NCBI GenBank assembly: GCA_017416425.1
Contig: JAFQCL010000017.1
Location: 36,393-100,392 of the forward strand
Direction of reading: 5' to 3'
Length of the DNA stretch: 64,000 bases
From: Clostridia bacterium
GTDB lineage: Bacteria > Bacillota > Clostridia > Christensenellales > CAG-138
Shown here: in pieces, positions 19,109 to 27,574 of the stretch
Position numbering within the stretch: position 1 is the stretch's first letter
Layout: every line of letters begins with the position of its first letter
Made by a program: the position numbers and the translations under genes
The notes under the pieces: model-generated
Database searches by the model: none
What the model was told of the DNA's origin: nothing
What the model saw: the letters and a program-made list of their open reading frames with translations, nothing else

Positions 19109-19831
19109 TTATGGGTAGTAAATTACATAATTATCGAAATTCATAAAGTCGTCTTGGTTGACGCCGAAAGAGCCTTCTACTTCCCCGACCTGGATAACCA
19201 GGGATTTTTGCTCTTTATAGCCCAGATTGGGAAGCAAATCCCTTATCATTTGTACAATGATCTCGCCGTATTCGTGGACGTAGGCAATATAATCCTCATC
19301 GCTCGTTGAGTTGAAATCAGCATGCTCATATTTTGCCCAAAAGTCATTGAGAGGGGCATACTCATTACTGTTATAGAGGTCAAAAGCCTGCTCCATTATA
19401 TCGATAGGCTCCACCAGAACCTTAACAGTATAACTGCCGTCTCTCTGCGCGACCGCGTTTTGAACTTCATATTTAGAGTGGCTGTATATCTCTCTGTAAA
19501 GCTCTATAATATCATTTTTCATGTTTTCATTTAAATCAGCATAGCTTTCACCATAGGCGGCATCTACGATACCCCAGTAATTGGCAAAAAACTCCGCTTC
19601 GATCTCCAGACCATAAATATAATCCCGCTCGGCTTCTTTCTCCGTGATATCTACCATATCGAGATATTCCGGGTCATACTTGCCCTGATAGACCGCATCG
19701 ATATTGCCGCGTACAAGATTTGTAACAAACTCTCGGTTCAAGGCAAGCTCCAAGATACCGCAGGCGGACAGGGTCAAAGCGGCGCACAGTATCAAAATAA
19801 AAACAGCTATGCGCTTTGGGGTGTTTTTCAT
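19109..19831 (-). CDS. Hypothetical lipoprotein
   Basis: GAGGAGG RBS before the ATG at 19831 (MKNTPKRIAVFILILCAALTLSACG, lipobox). The ORF track start at 19873 lacks an RBS. No recognised domain. Confidence 0.7.
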   Translation of the reverse strand: MKNTPKRIAVFILILCAALTLSACGILELALNREFVTNLVRGNIDAVYQGKYDPEYLDMVDITEKEAERDYIYGLEIEAEFFANYWGIVDAAYGESYADLNENMKNDIIELYREIYSHSKYEVQNAVAQRDGSYTVKVLVEPIDIMEQAFDLYNSNEYAPLNDFWAKYEHADFNSTSDEDYIAYVHEYGEIIVQMIRDLLPNLGYKEQKSLVIQVGEVEGSFGVNQDDFMNFDNYVIYYP

Positions 19832-20003
19832 TGTATTTTCCTCCTCATCTTCCCTCATGGTAATAAGCAACATTAAGTTATTATATCATACATTCGATTC
19901 CATTGCAATTGCATATGGCGAAAGAGCAGGAATTTTGATGATAGATATATAATGAAGCCTGGCAGAGTCTCAAAAGGGGAAAATAAAAGCTTTTTAATCT
20001 TGC

Positions 20004-20495
20004 TTACCTGACGATCTCCCCGCAGGCCATTTTAATTCCGGCATTGCCGGACGGCTGTGTTGTAAAGTCATCGGGAGAGGCGTGAACTATGATTGTTCTG
20101 CCAATGATCTCATCAACGGTAAATCGATCGGTGAGAAATGAGAGAAAGGCATAGCCGTTGGCTCCGAATAAGGGCGGCAAGTCGCCTGAGTGATATGGGT
20201 GTGGGCAATCGTTGGGATTATAATGCGTCCGAACATCCGCGAAGGGGTCGCTTGCATCTCCAGTGCAATGCTCGCCTTCATGAATGTGGAAGCCAAAGAT
20301 CGGGCTTTCGCAATCGCCGCTTGGGTTTGGAAGGCCTTTTAGTTCGGCCAGGACGATAACGCCGTAGGGCGTCTGATAAAAACGCACCAAGCCTAAAATA
20401 TCGGGATATTGCTCACTTCCTCGTATTCTTGCCATTGCCAGCGCAGGGCGGCCAAGCAGTCCTTTAAAATTCGGATAACTGTTATTATTAAACAT
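20004..20495 (-). CDS. Cu/Zn superoxide dismutase family protein without signal peptide
   Basis: It has FHIHEGEHC, HYNP, HPYHSGDLP, IIVHA and a C-terminal GNAGIKMACGEI as in SodC-like proteins. GAGG lies 7 nt before the ATG at 20495. Confidence 0.8.
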   Translation of the reverse strand: MFNNNSYPNFKGLLGRPALAMARIRGSEQYPDILGLVRFYQTPYGVIVLAELKGLPNPSGDCESPIFGFHIHEGEHCTGDASDPFADVRTHYNPNDCPHPYHSGDLPPLFGANGYAFLSFLTDRFTVDEIIGRTIIVHASPDDFTTQPSGNAGIKMACGEIVR

Positions 20496-20654
20496 AGGCG
20501 TACCTCGCATATTCTTTTTTGACAGTATATGCGGATATTAGCAATAGAGTGAAAAGTGAAACGCAGCAACGCTTACAGAGATGATCAAATCACATTAAAA
20601 GTGTTTTTAGAAAATAAAATAGCCGTAGTAAAATAGACCTACAGCTAATAAAAA

Positions 20655-20727
20655 TACACCTTCAGGGACTCGAACCCTGGACACCCTGATTAAGAGTCAG
20701 GTGCTCTACCAACTGAGCTAAAGGTGC
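20655..20727 (-). tRNA. tRNA-Lys (anticodon CTT)
   Basis: Hand-folded 73-nt cloverleaf: acceptor GCACCTT/AAGGTGT, anticodon stem CCTGA/TCAGG with loop CTCTTAA, and T-arm CAGGG-TTCGAGT-CCCTG. No encoded CCA. Confidence 0.9.
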
Positions 20728-20729
20728 AT

Positions 20730-20805
20730 TGGAGCGGGAGACGGGGCTCGAACCCGCCACCTCCGCCTTGGCAAGGCGGCGCTCTACCAAATGAGCTACT
20801 CCCGC
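20730..20805 (-). tRNA. tRNA-Gly (anticodon GCC), CCA encoded
   Basis: Hand-folded 76-nt cloverleaf: acceptor GCGGGAG/CTCCCGC, anticodon stem CCGCC/GGCGG with loop TTGCCAA, T-loop TTCGAGC, and 3' TCCA. Confidence 0.9.
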
Positions 20806-20819
20806 GCTTTTGTGAGTAA

Positions 20820-20848
20820 AGGATACTGCAATGTTTACCATTTGTCAA
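20820..20848 (-). promoter_or_regulatory. Sigma-A type promoter for the tRNA-Gly/tRNA-Lys pair
   Basis: On the minus strand: TTGACA (20848-20843), a 17-nt spacer, then TATCCT (20825-20820), about 15 nt before the tRNA-Gly 5' end. Confidence 0.5.
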
Positions 20849-20982
20849 GTCATATGACTAATATATTTAACAGATCACACCTTTTTTATACATTTAAAGT
20901 CCAATTACTGCATGTATTAAGGGTTTATCTGCCATCAAAAAGGTAATAATCTCCATATGCAAATAAAGTTGCGGAGGATATA

Positions 20983-21082
20983 GTTTGAAGATAAATTTTC
21001 AAACCGTGTTTTGTGACTTTCGAAGGCTTTCGGCTGCGATTTTATGCAAGCACAAAACCAGTCCCAATTCCACAAGAAAGGA
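20983..21082 (+). repeat. Intergenic repeat family, copy A (full length), ending 8 nt before the spoIIR start
   Basis: Hand alignment to copy B gives 83 identical of 100 columns. It has the 5' palindrome GTTTGAA-N8-TTCAAAC and the 3' end AATTCCACAAGAAAGGA. Confidence 0.8.
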
Positions 21083-21090
21083 TTATAATT

Positions 21091-21648
21091 ATGAAAAAGC
21101 TGATGATACTGGTAGCCATTATGATCGCCATTTCAGCAACATTTAAAGGCGATGGAGGGGTTGATAAAACAGAAGACATACTGAGACTGCACATAATCGC
21201 AAGCAGCAACAATAATGAGGATCAGGCGGTAAAGCTGCTGGTGCGGGATGCGGTGCTTGAGCTGGAAAGAGAGATATTTTCGCCAAGCAGCTATGAGGAT
21301 GCGCGGGAGCTTTTGATAAAACATGGCAATGAGCTGCTCGATACGGTAAATGAGGTACTAGCTGAAAATGGGTTTGATTATGGCTGCATGCTAAGCCTTG
21401 GAAAGTACGATTTTCCGGACAGAACCTATGGGGATGTAACATATCCTGCTGATGAATATAATGCGCTGAGGATCGTGTTGGGAGAGGGCGCGGGTGAAAA
21501 TTGGTGGTGTGTGCTTTTTCCACCGCTCTGCATAGTGGAAACGCCTGAGGCTGATTTAAATTCAGAAGAGCATAGCGAAGATGAAACGATCGAATTTGAC
21601 AGTATCATTCTTAAATTTCTAAGAAAGCTGTTTAAGATAGAAAAGTAA
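21091..21648 (+). CDS. spoIIR: Stage II sporulation protein R
   Basis: Start at MKKLMILVAIMIA (signal/TM). ILRLHIIASSNNNEDQAVKLLVRDAVL and WWCVLFPPLC are hallmark SpoIIR blocks. The ORF track N-extension runs through repeat copy A. Confidence 0.9.
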   Translation: MKKLMILVAIMIAISATFKGDGGVDKTEDILRLHIIASSNNNEDQAVKLLVRDAVLELEREIFSPSSYEDARELLIKHGNELLDTVNEVLAENGFDYGCMLSLGKYDFPDRTYGDVTYPADEYNALRIVLGEGAGENWWCVLFPPLCIVETPEADLNSEEHSEDETIEFDSIILKFLRKLFKIEK

Positions 21649-21805
21649 AATGCGAAGCTTACGGGTGAAACTTTTGATTTTCGCCCTCAAGGCCTTCTCA
21701 GGAATATGTGACCTTAGAAGGCTTTGGTGACGCAAAACTCCAATAGGAGCTTTAGGAGAGCGCTTCGGAGTAAATAAAACCCTGATCTGATCCAAAAACT
21801 ACATT

Positions 21806-21832
21806 AAAAAAGCACCCGCAGGTGCTTTTTTA
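21806..21832. terminator. Bidirectional intrinsic terminator (spoIIR / citF convergent)
   Basis: AAAAA AGCACC cgca GGTGCT TTTTT. Confidence 0.65.
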
Positions 21833-21845
21833 ATATCTTGCTTTG

Positions 21846-23390
21846 TTAGTCTATTTCCTTTACCTGACGGATTACATCGATCACGCTGTTATCGCGGTAC
21901 ATTACTACACCAACGACACGATCCTCATACTGAATGGGCTCGGGTACGCCGACAATGCGTTCGGCTCTGGCTCTTAGCTGATCGATAGTAAATACAGGAA
22001 TTCCGGCTGCCTCAAGACGCTCTTTTATCTCGGGTCTTCTGGGGTTTACAGCAACGCCCTGATCGGTTACAACAACATCAACGGTGCAGCCGGGAGTAAC
22101 AACGGTGTTGACTTTGCCAACGATGGTCGGTATTCTTCCGCGAAGCAAAGGAGCCACTACAACGGACAGGCTGGCGCCTGCTGCGGTATCGGGATGTCCG
22201 CCGATCGCGCCGCGGATCACACCATCAGAGCCGGTGAGTACGTTTATGTTGAAGTCGGTATCTATTTCAAGCGCCGAAAGTATTACAAAGTCAAGCTGAT
22301 TTACGGCAGCGCCTCTATTTACATAGCTTGCGTAATACGATGCATCGATCTGCTGGTGGAAACGGTTATTCTTGAGGGAATTGGCCGCGACAAGGTCGAA
22401 GGACTGAACGTCAAGTATCTTTTGTACAAGACCTTCCTCATGCATTTCAACTATCTGGCCGGTAATACCGCCAAGAGCAAATCTTGCTTTGATGTTTTTG
22501 TTTATCATCTTTTCACGCAGGAAACGAGCGGTCGCGAGGCTTGCGCCGCCGGAGCCCATCTGCATAGAGAATCCATCGTTGAAGTACCCGCTTGCTTCGA
22601 TCACATCAGCAGCGGTCTTTGCTATGAGCAGCTCTTTGGGATTCTTTGTGTATCTTGTTGCACCGCTCATGATGCCCTTGGGATCACCTACGCTTTCGAC
22701 CTTTACAACGCAGTCAACATGCGATTCGGGTATGCCAAAGGGTGCGTTGGGGAAGCTTACAAGGTGGTCGGTTATTATGACGCATTTGTCGGCCTTTACA
22801 GCATCAAGCTTAGCATAGCCAAGGCTTCCGCAGCAGGAACCGTTCTCATCGTCCCTGTTATAGCCGTTTGCGTTGCCATAGGGGTCACAGGAGGGTGCGC
22901 CTAAAAACGCTATGTCGATATGAAGCTCGCCCGTTTCGATAGCAGCGGCTCTTCCGCCGTGTGAACGGAATATGATGGGGAAGTCCATCAGGCCATGGGA
23001 TACAGCCTCCGCGAGCTTGCCGCGCAGACCGCTTGTTTCGATATGCTTTATGACGCCATTTTTTATATGCTCAATAAGCGGCTCATGTATATCGGTAAGG
23101 GAGCTTGCGGCAAGTGTGAGACCCTTAAAGCCCATTTTAGCAATTACATCCATTACCATGTTTATAACATAATCGCCATTTCTAAAATGATGGTGGAAGG
23201 AGATGGTCATTCCATCCTTAAGACCAACGTACTTTATGGCCTCTTCAATGCTTGACAGCAGCTTTTTGCTGTTGCGCTGACGCTCGGCAAGCGATTCATG
23301 TGCCTTGGCTGGTATGGCCAGCTCATTAAAGGCGCCGTGTATTGCGGTTATCTCACTTAAATGAGGTATTTTATTAAGTTCAAATTCCAT
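21846..23390 (-). CDS. citF: Citrate lyase alpha subunit (citrate CoA-transferase)
   Basis: GAGGAGG RBS inside the citE 3' end, with the ATG at 23390 (MEFELNK...). About 515 aa with CitF-like sequence throughout. The ORF track start at 23456 overlaps citE and is rejected. Confidence 0.9.
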   Translation of the reverse strand: MEFELNKIPHLSEITAIHGAFNELAIPAKAHESLAERQRNSKKLLSSIEEAIKYVGLKDGMTISFHHHFRNGDYVINMVMDVIAKMGFKGLTLAASSLTDIHEPLIEHIKNGVIKHIETSGLRGKLAEAVSHGLMDFPIIFRSHGGRAAAIETGELHIDIAFLGAPSCDPYGNANGYNRDDENGSCCGSLGYAKLDAVKADKCVIITDHLVSFPNAPFGIPESHVDCVVKVESVGDPKGIMSGATRYTKNPKELLIAKTAADVIEASGYFNDGFSMQMGSGGASLATARFLREKMINKNIKARFALGGITGQIVEMHEEGLVQKILDVQSFDLVAANSLKNNRFHQQIDASYYASYVNRGAAVNQLDFVILSALEIDTDFNINVLTGSDGVIRGAIGGHPDTAAGASLSVVVAPLLRGRIPTIVGKVNTVVTPGCTVDVVVTDQGVAVNPRRPEIKERLEAAGIPVFTIDQLRARAERIVGVPEPIQYEDRVVGVVMYRDNSVIDVIRQVKEID

Positions 23391-23391
23391 G

Positions 23392-24279
23392 TTAGACCTC
23401 CTCGATCGGAATGCTGGTTGCGGCGGCACGTTCAAGCATGTATTTTGCGCGCTCAACGATAGGCTTATCTATCATCTTGCCGTTAAGACTTGCAACGCCT
23501 GATCCCCTTGCTTCCGCTTCGGCTATGGCGGCCATTATCGCCTTTGCCTTTGCGATATCCTTTTCGGTGGGGTTGAAAATGTCATGCAGAGGCTGTATCT
23601 GCCTGGGGTTTATGACGCTCTTACCGTCAAAGCCAAGCTTCTTTATGAGCTCAGCTTCAGCGCGGAAGCCGGCTTCATTGTTAACATCAGAATAAACTGT
23701 GTCAAGCGCTGCAATGCCCGCTGCTCTTGCGGCGTTTACTATCATGGAACGAGCGAATAAAAGCTCAACGCCCTCGGGGGAACGAGTTGTTTTAAGATCG
23801 GTAACATAATCCTCAGCGCCGAGCGCTATACCGATAAGCCTGCTTGAGCTCTTTGCTATTTCGTATGCATTTAATACGCCCTGCGCGCTTTCGATAGCTG
23901 CCATCATTTTGGTAGTACCTACGGGCAGACCGATCTCCGCTTCAATGCGTGCGATCTCACGCTCACAATCGATAACATCCTTAGCCGTTTCGGTCTTTGG
24001 AAGCCTTATGACGTGCGGCTGCGCCCTTACCATGGCCTCAAGGTCATCGATACCAAGCCTTGTATCAAGGGCATTTATTCTGACGACCAATTCCTTTTTA
24101 CCATACTTTAAGCTGGTGAGCGCCTTATATACGAGATAACGCGCGGCGTCCTTTTCGTTGATGGATACGCTGTCCTCAAGGTCGAACATTATGCTATCTG
24201 AACCGTATATGTGCGCGTCTCTTATCATACCGGGATTGTTGCCCGGTACGAAGAGCATACTTCTTCTAAGTCTCGGCAT
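23392..24279 (-). CDS. citE: Citrate lyase beta subunit (citryl-CoA lyase)
   Basis: The start ATG overlaps the citD TGA (TGATG) after GGAGGAG. It has RRSMLFVPGNN and the HpcH/HpaI aldolase/citrate lyase family signature. Confidence 0.9.
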   Translation of the reverse strand: MPRLRRSMLFVPGNNPGMIRDAHIYGSDSIMFDLEDSVSINEKDAARYLVYKALTSLKYGKKELVVRINALDTRLGIDDLEAMVRAQPHVIRLPKTETAKDVIDCEREIARIEAEIGLPVGTTKMMAAIESAQGVLNAYEIAKSSSRLIGIALGAEDYVTDLKTTRSPEGVELLFARSMIVNAARAAGIAALDTVYSDVNNEAGFRAEAELIKKLGFDGKSVINPRQIQPLHDIFNPTEKDIAKAKAIMAAIAEAEARGSGVASLNGKMIDKPIVERAKYMLERAAATSIPIEEV

Positions 24280-24578
24280 CAGTTTACTCCTCCATTCCAA
24301 ACATAGTCGGTTCTTTCAGAGGCACGATACGCTGCCGTGCTTACTCTTGCCGCTATTGTACAATCCAATGCGCCTTTGTCAACCGCAGACACCACAGCGC
24401 TTGTTACGCCGAGGTCAAATAGGGTCTTTCTTATAACCTTTTCAATTTGCTTACCAAACTGCTGCATTACAGAGCTGTCAATGGAAAGCTCGATACCTTC
24501 CTGATCATTTGGCTCGATGCGGATTATTATATCCGATGATTCCATCGTGCCGGCTACACCCGTTGTAACGATCTGCAT
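24279..24578 (-). CDS. citD: Citrate lyase acyl carrier protein (gamma subunit)
   Basis: 99 aa. AGTMESSDIII contains the prosthetic-group serine, and the gene order is citD-citE-citF. Confidence 0.9.
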   Translation of the reverse strand: MQIVTTGVAGTMESSDIIIRIEPNDQEGIELSIDSSVMQQFGKQIEKVIRKTLFDLGVTSAVVSAVDKGALDCTIAARVSTAAYRASERTDYVWNGGVN

Positions 24579-24755
24579 ATTTCTTCCTCCAATATTCTTG
24601 GAAAATATTTGGTGGTTTTATCTAAAATACATAATAAAGCCAGCCACCAATATAGTACCCTCTTTTACTGCCTTTTGCAATAGAAAAGCTAAAAATTTTT
24701 GCTGATTTTTGTAGAGCTTTTACTATATGAACGCTAGGTTTCCGATATAAAATCA

Positions 24756-25496
24756 TTATATGTCCGAGCCCAAGGGGGTACGCCTTTTTCTTAGAAAAAC
24801 GATATCAACGACTAAGAATACGCATGCGCCTATAAAATTAACAAGCATATCGGACATGGTATCAAGGAGACCTATGTCAAGATAACCCTCAAAATTAAGC
24901 GCTGTTCCATTGATTATGGTTTCGGTGATGCCGTTAATAGAACCTGTTTGGCCAAGGCCGCCGCCTAGATAATAGGAGTATATGTCGTATACTATGGAAT
25001 CGTTTTGCATATCGGTTTTAAAAAATACGTCCATGCCGTGTTCAAAAAACTCCCAGAGTACGCCTATCGTCATGGAAAAGCAAAATGCGGAGGCAAGCGC
25101 AACCGCATATATAGAGGAATAATTTTTCTTTTTATTGAATTCGTATAACAGATTTAAGCCAATGTGGGCAAATAAAAAGCCATTTAGGGTATGAAGCAGA
25201 AGATCCCAAAAAGGTATGATCTGATATAAATGATAAACGGCGCCAAGTATGGGACCCGCTATGCAGAATATGAGAAGGACTATCTTTAAAAAGTTTGAAA
25301 GTGTAATGGCAAATATACGTTCAAATATCCATGGAAGCCATAGAAGTACAAGGATTTCAACCGCACATAATAAGATGCTTTGAACATTATTTTGTATGGC
25401 CGAGTAAACAAGTGTAAACAGGCAGAATGCCTGTATGATCACAAACATTACGGCAACACAGCGCTCACTTCTGAATTTTTCCATTAAAAACTTCAT
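24756..25496 (-). CDS. Multi-pass membrane protein, function unknown (possibly YjdF/DUF2238-like)
   Basis: 246 aa with several hydrophobic helices and a WDLLLH motif. AAGGAGG RBS. The family assignment is tentative. Confidence 0.55.
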   Translation of the reverse strand: MKFLMEKFRSERCVAVMFVIIQAFCLFTLVYSAIQNNVQSILLCAVEILVLLWLPWIFERIFAITLSNFLKIVLLIFCIAGPILGAVYHLYQIIPFWDLLLHTLNGFLFAHIGLNLLYEFNKKKNYSSIYAVALASAFCFSMTIGVLWEFFEHGMDVFFKTDMQNDSIVYDIYSYYLGGGLGQTGSINGITETIINGTALNFEGYLDIGLLDTMSDMLVNFIGACVFLVVDIVFLRKRRTPLGSDI

Positions 25497-25638
25497 TGAC
25501 TATCCTCCTTGCGGTTAACTGGTAGTTTATCACATATTTAACTTTGCTATAACAATTTATGAGGCGCGTTTGCAAACAAATAACAAACAAAAAGTAGAAT
25601 TATGCTATAATGCCTGTATCTTGGGAATATGAAGAGGA

Positions 25639-26436
25639 ATGTTTATGGAAGTAAAGACAATGAAAGCTTATGCTAAGGTAAATCTTGCGCTGCATATCTC
25701 AAAAAAGCGCGAGGACGGTTATCATGAGATATATACGCTCATGCATATGCTGCCCGATCTTTGGGATGATGTTATCATTGAGCCATGGGATAATATAGAG
25801 GTGAGCTTTGATATTCCCATGGAAAAGGATAATACCGTATGGAAAGCGGCTAAGCTTTATTATGAGCATACCGGCTTTAAGGGACGTATCCATGTAAAAA
25901 AGCGTATTCCAATGCAGGCAGGGCTCGGCGGAGGCTCGTCTGATGCGGTAGCGGCGCTTTTGGGCTTAAACAGCATATTTGGGGCGCTTTCTTCTGAAAA
26001 TCTATCCTTAATATCTGCCGAGATCGGCTCGGATGTACCCTTCTTCTTTTCGGGCGGAGCCGCCGTATGTAGAGGCAGGGGCGAAATAGTCGAGCCTTTA
26101 CCATGGCAGCCGCTTAATATAAGGTGGGATAAGCCAAAGTGCGGGATAAGTACGAAAGAATTATTTAAGCGTTTACAGCTTCCCGCACCTTATGTGGATG
26201 TTGAGTCCGCAGTGCGTGCCTATGTTAACCCGGATAGAAAAGCCCTTGGCGAATTTATGAAAAATTCACTTGAAGACGCCGCTTTTAAGCTTTGCAAGGA
26301 AAGTCTTGCCATTAAAGAACGATTTTTATCGGAGGGGGCTTTAGGCGCGGTGCTTACAGGTTCAGGCTCGGCGGTCATAGCGCTTTTTGAAGGCCAGCCC
26401 TTACTTGGACAAAAAGACGGATTTATGCTACAATAA
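25639..26436 (+). CDS. ispE: 4-diphosphocytidyl-2-C-methyl-D-erythritol kinase
   Basis: It has AYAKVNLALHI and the GHMP kinase motif PMQAGLGGGSSDAVA. The start is uncertain among ATGs at 25639, 25645 and 25660. Confidence 0.88.
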   Translation: MFMEVKTMKAYAKVNLALHISKKREDGYHEIYTLMHMLPDLWDDVIIEPWDNIEVSFDIPMEKDNTVWKAAKLYYEHTGFKGRIHVKKRIPMQAGLGGGSSDAVAALLGLNSIFGALSSENLSLISAEIGSDVPFFFSGGAAVCRGRGEIVEPLPWQPLNIRWDKPKCGISTKELFKRLQLPAPYVDVESAVRAYVNPDRKALGEFMKNSLEDAAFKLCKESLAIKERFLSEGALGAVLTGSGSAVIALFEGQPLLGQKDGFMLQ

Positions 26437-26479
26437 GCCCGCTAAAAAATAAAATTTGAACTTTAACTTGGAGAAAACA

Positions 26480-27505
26480 GTGAAAACAAGTGATTTTTAT
26501 TATGAACTGCCAAAAGAGCTTATAGCGCAGTCGCCTGCCAAGGTAAGGTCGCAGTCGAGGCTCTTGGTGTATGATAGAGACAGCAGGAAAATAGAGCATA
26601 GACATTTTTATGATATAGCCGGGTATTTAAATAAGGGCGATGTGCTTGTTTTAAATACCACCAGGGTCATACCCGCAAGGCTGCATGGCATTCGTCCCGA
26701 AACGGGGGGCGCTATGGAATTTTTGCTTTTAAAAAGGCTTGATGAAAATCGCTATGAAGCGCTTGCAAGGCCTGCTAAACGCGCGAAGCCCGGCAGCCGG
26801 TATTTTATTTCTGACGAGCTCTCCGTTATCGTGGAATCGGACACTGAGACGGAAGGGGGCAAGAGGATATGCCTGGAATATAAAGGGATACTTGAGGAAG
26901 TGCTGGATAGAGTTGGTGAAATGCCGCTTCCGCCTTATATAACGGAGAGGGCAAGCGATAAGGAACGCTATCAGACCGTTTATTCAAGGCAAAGCGGCTC
27001 TGCGGCGGCGCCGACGGCAGGGCTTCATTTTACACCCGAGCTATTATCCGAGCTCAGATCAAAGGGCGTTATAGTAGCCGAGGTGCTGCTTCATGTGGGT
27101 CTTGGAACATTCAGACCGGTATCGGTGGAAAACGTTGAAGAGCATCATATGCATTCCGAATACTATGAGGTATCCGAGTCTTCCGCGAGCGCTATAAATT
27201 CGGCAAGAGCTTTGGGGGGAAGGATAATTGCTGTTGGCACTACATCATGCAGAACGCTTGAGAGCGTTACCGATGATAATGGTATAGTCCATCCGGGCTC
27301 GGGCGATACGAGTATATTTATTACCCCGGGCTATAGATTTAAGGCCGTTGACGCGCTGATAACGAATTTTCACCTGCCTGAGTCAACGCTGCTTATGCTC
27401 ATCTCCGCTTTTGCCACAAGGGAGGATATACTTTCCATGTATGAGGTAGCGGTAAAAGAGCGCTATAGCTTCTTTTCGTTTGGGGACGCATGCCTTATAT
27501 TATGA
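26480..27505 (+). CDS. queA: S-adenosylmethionine:tRNA ribosyltransferase-isomerase
   Basis: FYYELPKELIAQ N-terminus, PLPPYI and GTTSCRTLES. A GTG start at 26480 after GGAGAA is preferred over the ORF track ATG at 26456. Confidence 0.92.
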   Translation: MKTSDFYYELPKELIAQSPAKVRSQSRLLVYDRDSRKIEHRHFYDIAGYLNKGDVLVLNTTRVIPARLHGIRPETGGAMEFLLLKRLDENRYEALARPAKRAKPGSRYFISDELSVIVESDTETEGGKRICLEYKGILEEVLDRVGEMPLPPYITERASDKERYQTVYSRQSGSAAAPTAGLHFTPELLSELRSKGVIVAEVLLHVGLGTFRPVSVENVEEHHMHSEYYEVSESSASAINSARALGGRIIAVGTTSCRTLESVTDDNGIVHPGSGDTSIFITPGYRFKAVDALITNFHLPESTLLMLISAFATREDILSMYEVAVKERYSFFSFGDACLIL

Positions 27506-27525
27506 TCGAATCATTCAACTTACAT

Positions 27526-27567
27526 AAAAACACGCAAGCATTTTATATTTGCCTGCGTGCTTTTTTA
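27526..27567. terminator. Bidirectional intrinsic terminator (queA / ABC permease convergent)
   Basis: AAAAA CACGCAAGC ... GCCTGCGTG CTTTTTT. Confidence 0.55.
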
Positions 27568-27574
27568 TTAAATA

